In this document: piece by piece, positions 63,093 to 64,000 of the stretch
Layout of the letters: each line of letters begins with the position of its first letter
Numbering within the stretch: the first letter of the stretch is position 1
Source of the DNA: an uncultured Bacteroides sp.
GTDB lineage: Bacteria; Bacteroidota; Bacteroidia; Bacteroidales; Bacteroidaceae
Length of the DNA: 64,000 nt
Assembly (NCBI GenBank): GCA_947574505.1
Contig: CANPJW010000003.1
Coordinates: forward strand, 13,940 to 77,939
Reading direction: 5' to 3'
Made by a program: the position numbers and the translations under genes
Notes under the pieces: model-generated
Databases searched by the model: none
What the model was told of the DNA's origin: nothing
What the model saw: only the letters and a program-made list of their open reading frames with translations

Positions 63093-63933
63093 GGAAAAAG
63101 AACTGATCGACAAACTGATCGATCTTGCTTTTGCAGAAGATATAGGTGATGGCGACCATACCACCCTTTCGTGTATCCCTGCTACGGCAATGGGAAAATC
63201 AAAATTGCTTATCAAGGAAGCCGGTGTGCTGGCAGGTATTGAAGTGGCTAAAGAAATCTTCAACCGTTTCGATCCGACTATGAAAGTCGAAGTGTTTATC
63301 AACGACGGAACGGAAGTGAAGCCGGGCGATGTAGCAATGGTAGTGGAGGGAAAAGTACAGTCATTGCTCCAGACCGAGCGTCTGATGCTGAACGTGATGC
63401 AACGCATGAGTGGTATTGCGACAATGACCCGCAAATACGCAAAGAGGCTGGAAGGTACAAATACCCGCGTACTGGATACCCGTAAGACAACTCCGGGCAT
63501 GCGTATCCTTGAGAAGATGGCTGTGAAGATCGGTGGCGGCGTAAACCATCGTATCGGTTTGTTCGATATGATTCTTCTGAAAGACAATCACGTTGACTTT
63601 GCCGGAGGTATTGATAAAGCTATCACCCGTGCCAAAGAATATTGCAAAGAAAAAGGGAAAGACTTGAAGATAGAAATAGAAGTCCGCAGCTTCGACGAAC
63701 TGCAACAAGTGCTCGAGCTTGGTGGGGTGGACCGTATCATGTTTGATAACTTCACTCCCGAAATGACGAAAAAAGCCGTAGAGATGGTGGGCGGTAAATA
63801 CGAAACCGAATCTTCGGGTGGCATCACCTTTGATACTCTTCGTGACTATGCCGAATGTGGTGTAGACTTTATCTCTGTAGGTGCGCTGACTCATTCAGTG
63901 AAAGGACTGGATATGAGCTTCAAGGCGTGCTAA
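63085..63933 (+). CDS. nadC: Nicotinate-nucleotide diphosphorylase (carboxylating)
   Basis: EDIGDGDHTT, SGIAT, DTRKTTPG, HRIGL, KDNH, SGGI, GALTHS. Confidence 0.97.
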   Translation: MNKEKELIDKLIDLAFAEDIGDGDHTTLSCIPATAMGKSKLLIKEAGVLAGIEVAKEIFNRFDPTMKVEVFINDGTEVKPGDVAMVVEGKVQSLLQTERLMLNVMQRMSGIATMTRKYAKRLEGTNTRVLDTRKTTPGMRILEKMAVKIGGGVNHRIGLFDMILLKDNHVDFAGGIDKAITRAKEYCKEKGKDLKIEIEVRSFDELQQVLELGGVDRIMFDNFTPEMTKKAVEMVGGKYETESSGGITFDTLRDYAECGVDFISVGALTHSVKGLDMSFKAC

Positions 63934-64000
63934 ATGAAAAAGAGAAGATTGTCATGAAGATTTCTTAAGACGCGCGTAACGCGGATGACACGGATGGTAA

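Overview
Bacteroides chromosome segment, judged from the many TAnnTTTG -7 promoters, SusD, Ser-type sulfatases and IDR-bearing Rho. From memory it is syntenic with the B. thetaiotaomicron BT1630-to-BT15xx region. 1-11.4 kb is the 3' part of a host-glycan PUL: susD end, a surface lipoprotein with an apparently catalytically dead GH16-like domain, a sulfatase, GH20, GH2 and GH29, followed by an mscS gene scar. 11.7-33.5 kb is housekeeping (pepD, ompH, ftsB-like, dnaX, tRNA-His, capA-like, folD, ffh, MATE, a second sulfatase, rho, tilS, feoAB). 33.64-48.72 kb is a ~15 kb element integrated in tRNA-Cys and bounded by 41-bp att repeats. It carries a tyrosine integrase and a phage-type replication module (HTH proteins, DUF6291-like initiator, DnaB, SNF2-like helicase, VRR-NUC). 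It also has a four-operator XRE switch, a train of micro-ORFs, a candidate sRNA and an XRE-RhuM-Fic-Fic cargo operon. No capsid, terminase or relaxase is recognisable, so it looks satellite-like. 48.8-64 kb holds GNATs, DMT, tRNA-Thr, TlpA, gloA, an IS982 scar, a FadL-like OMP, an ECF sigma, the queuosine operon (preQ1-I-like leader, transporter, queC, queF), rlmH and nadC. Two separate 22-bp-period non-coding arrays lie in this part, one of them inside a symmetric ~455-bp insert between queC and queF. All calls come from reading the sequence and recalling protein families; no searches were run.
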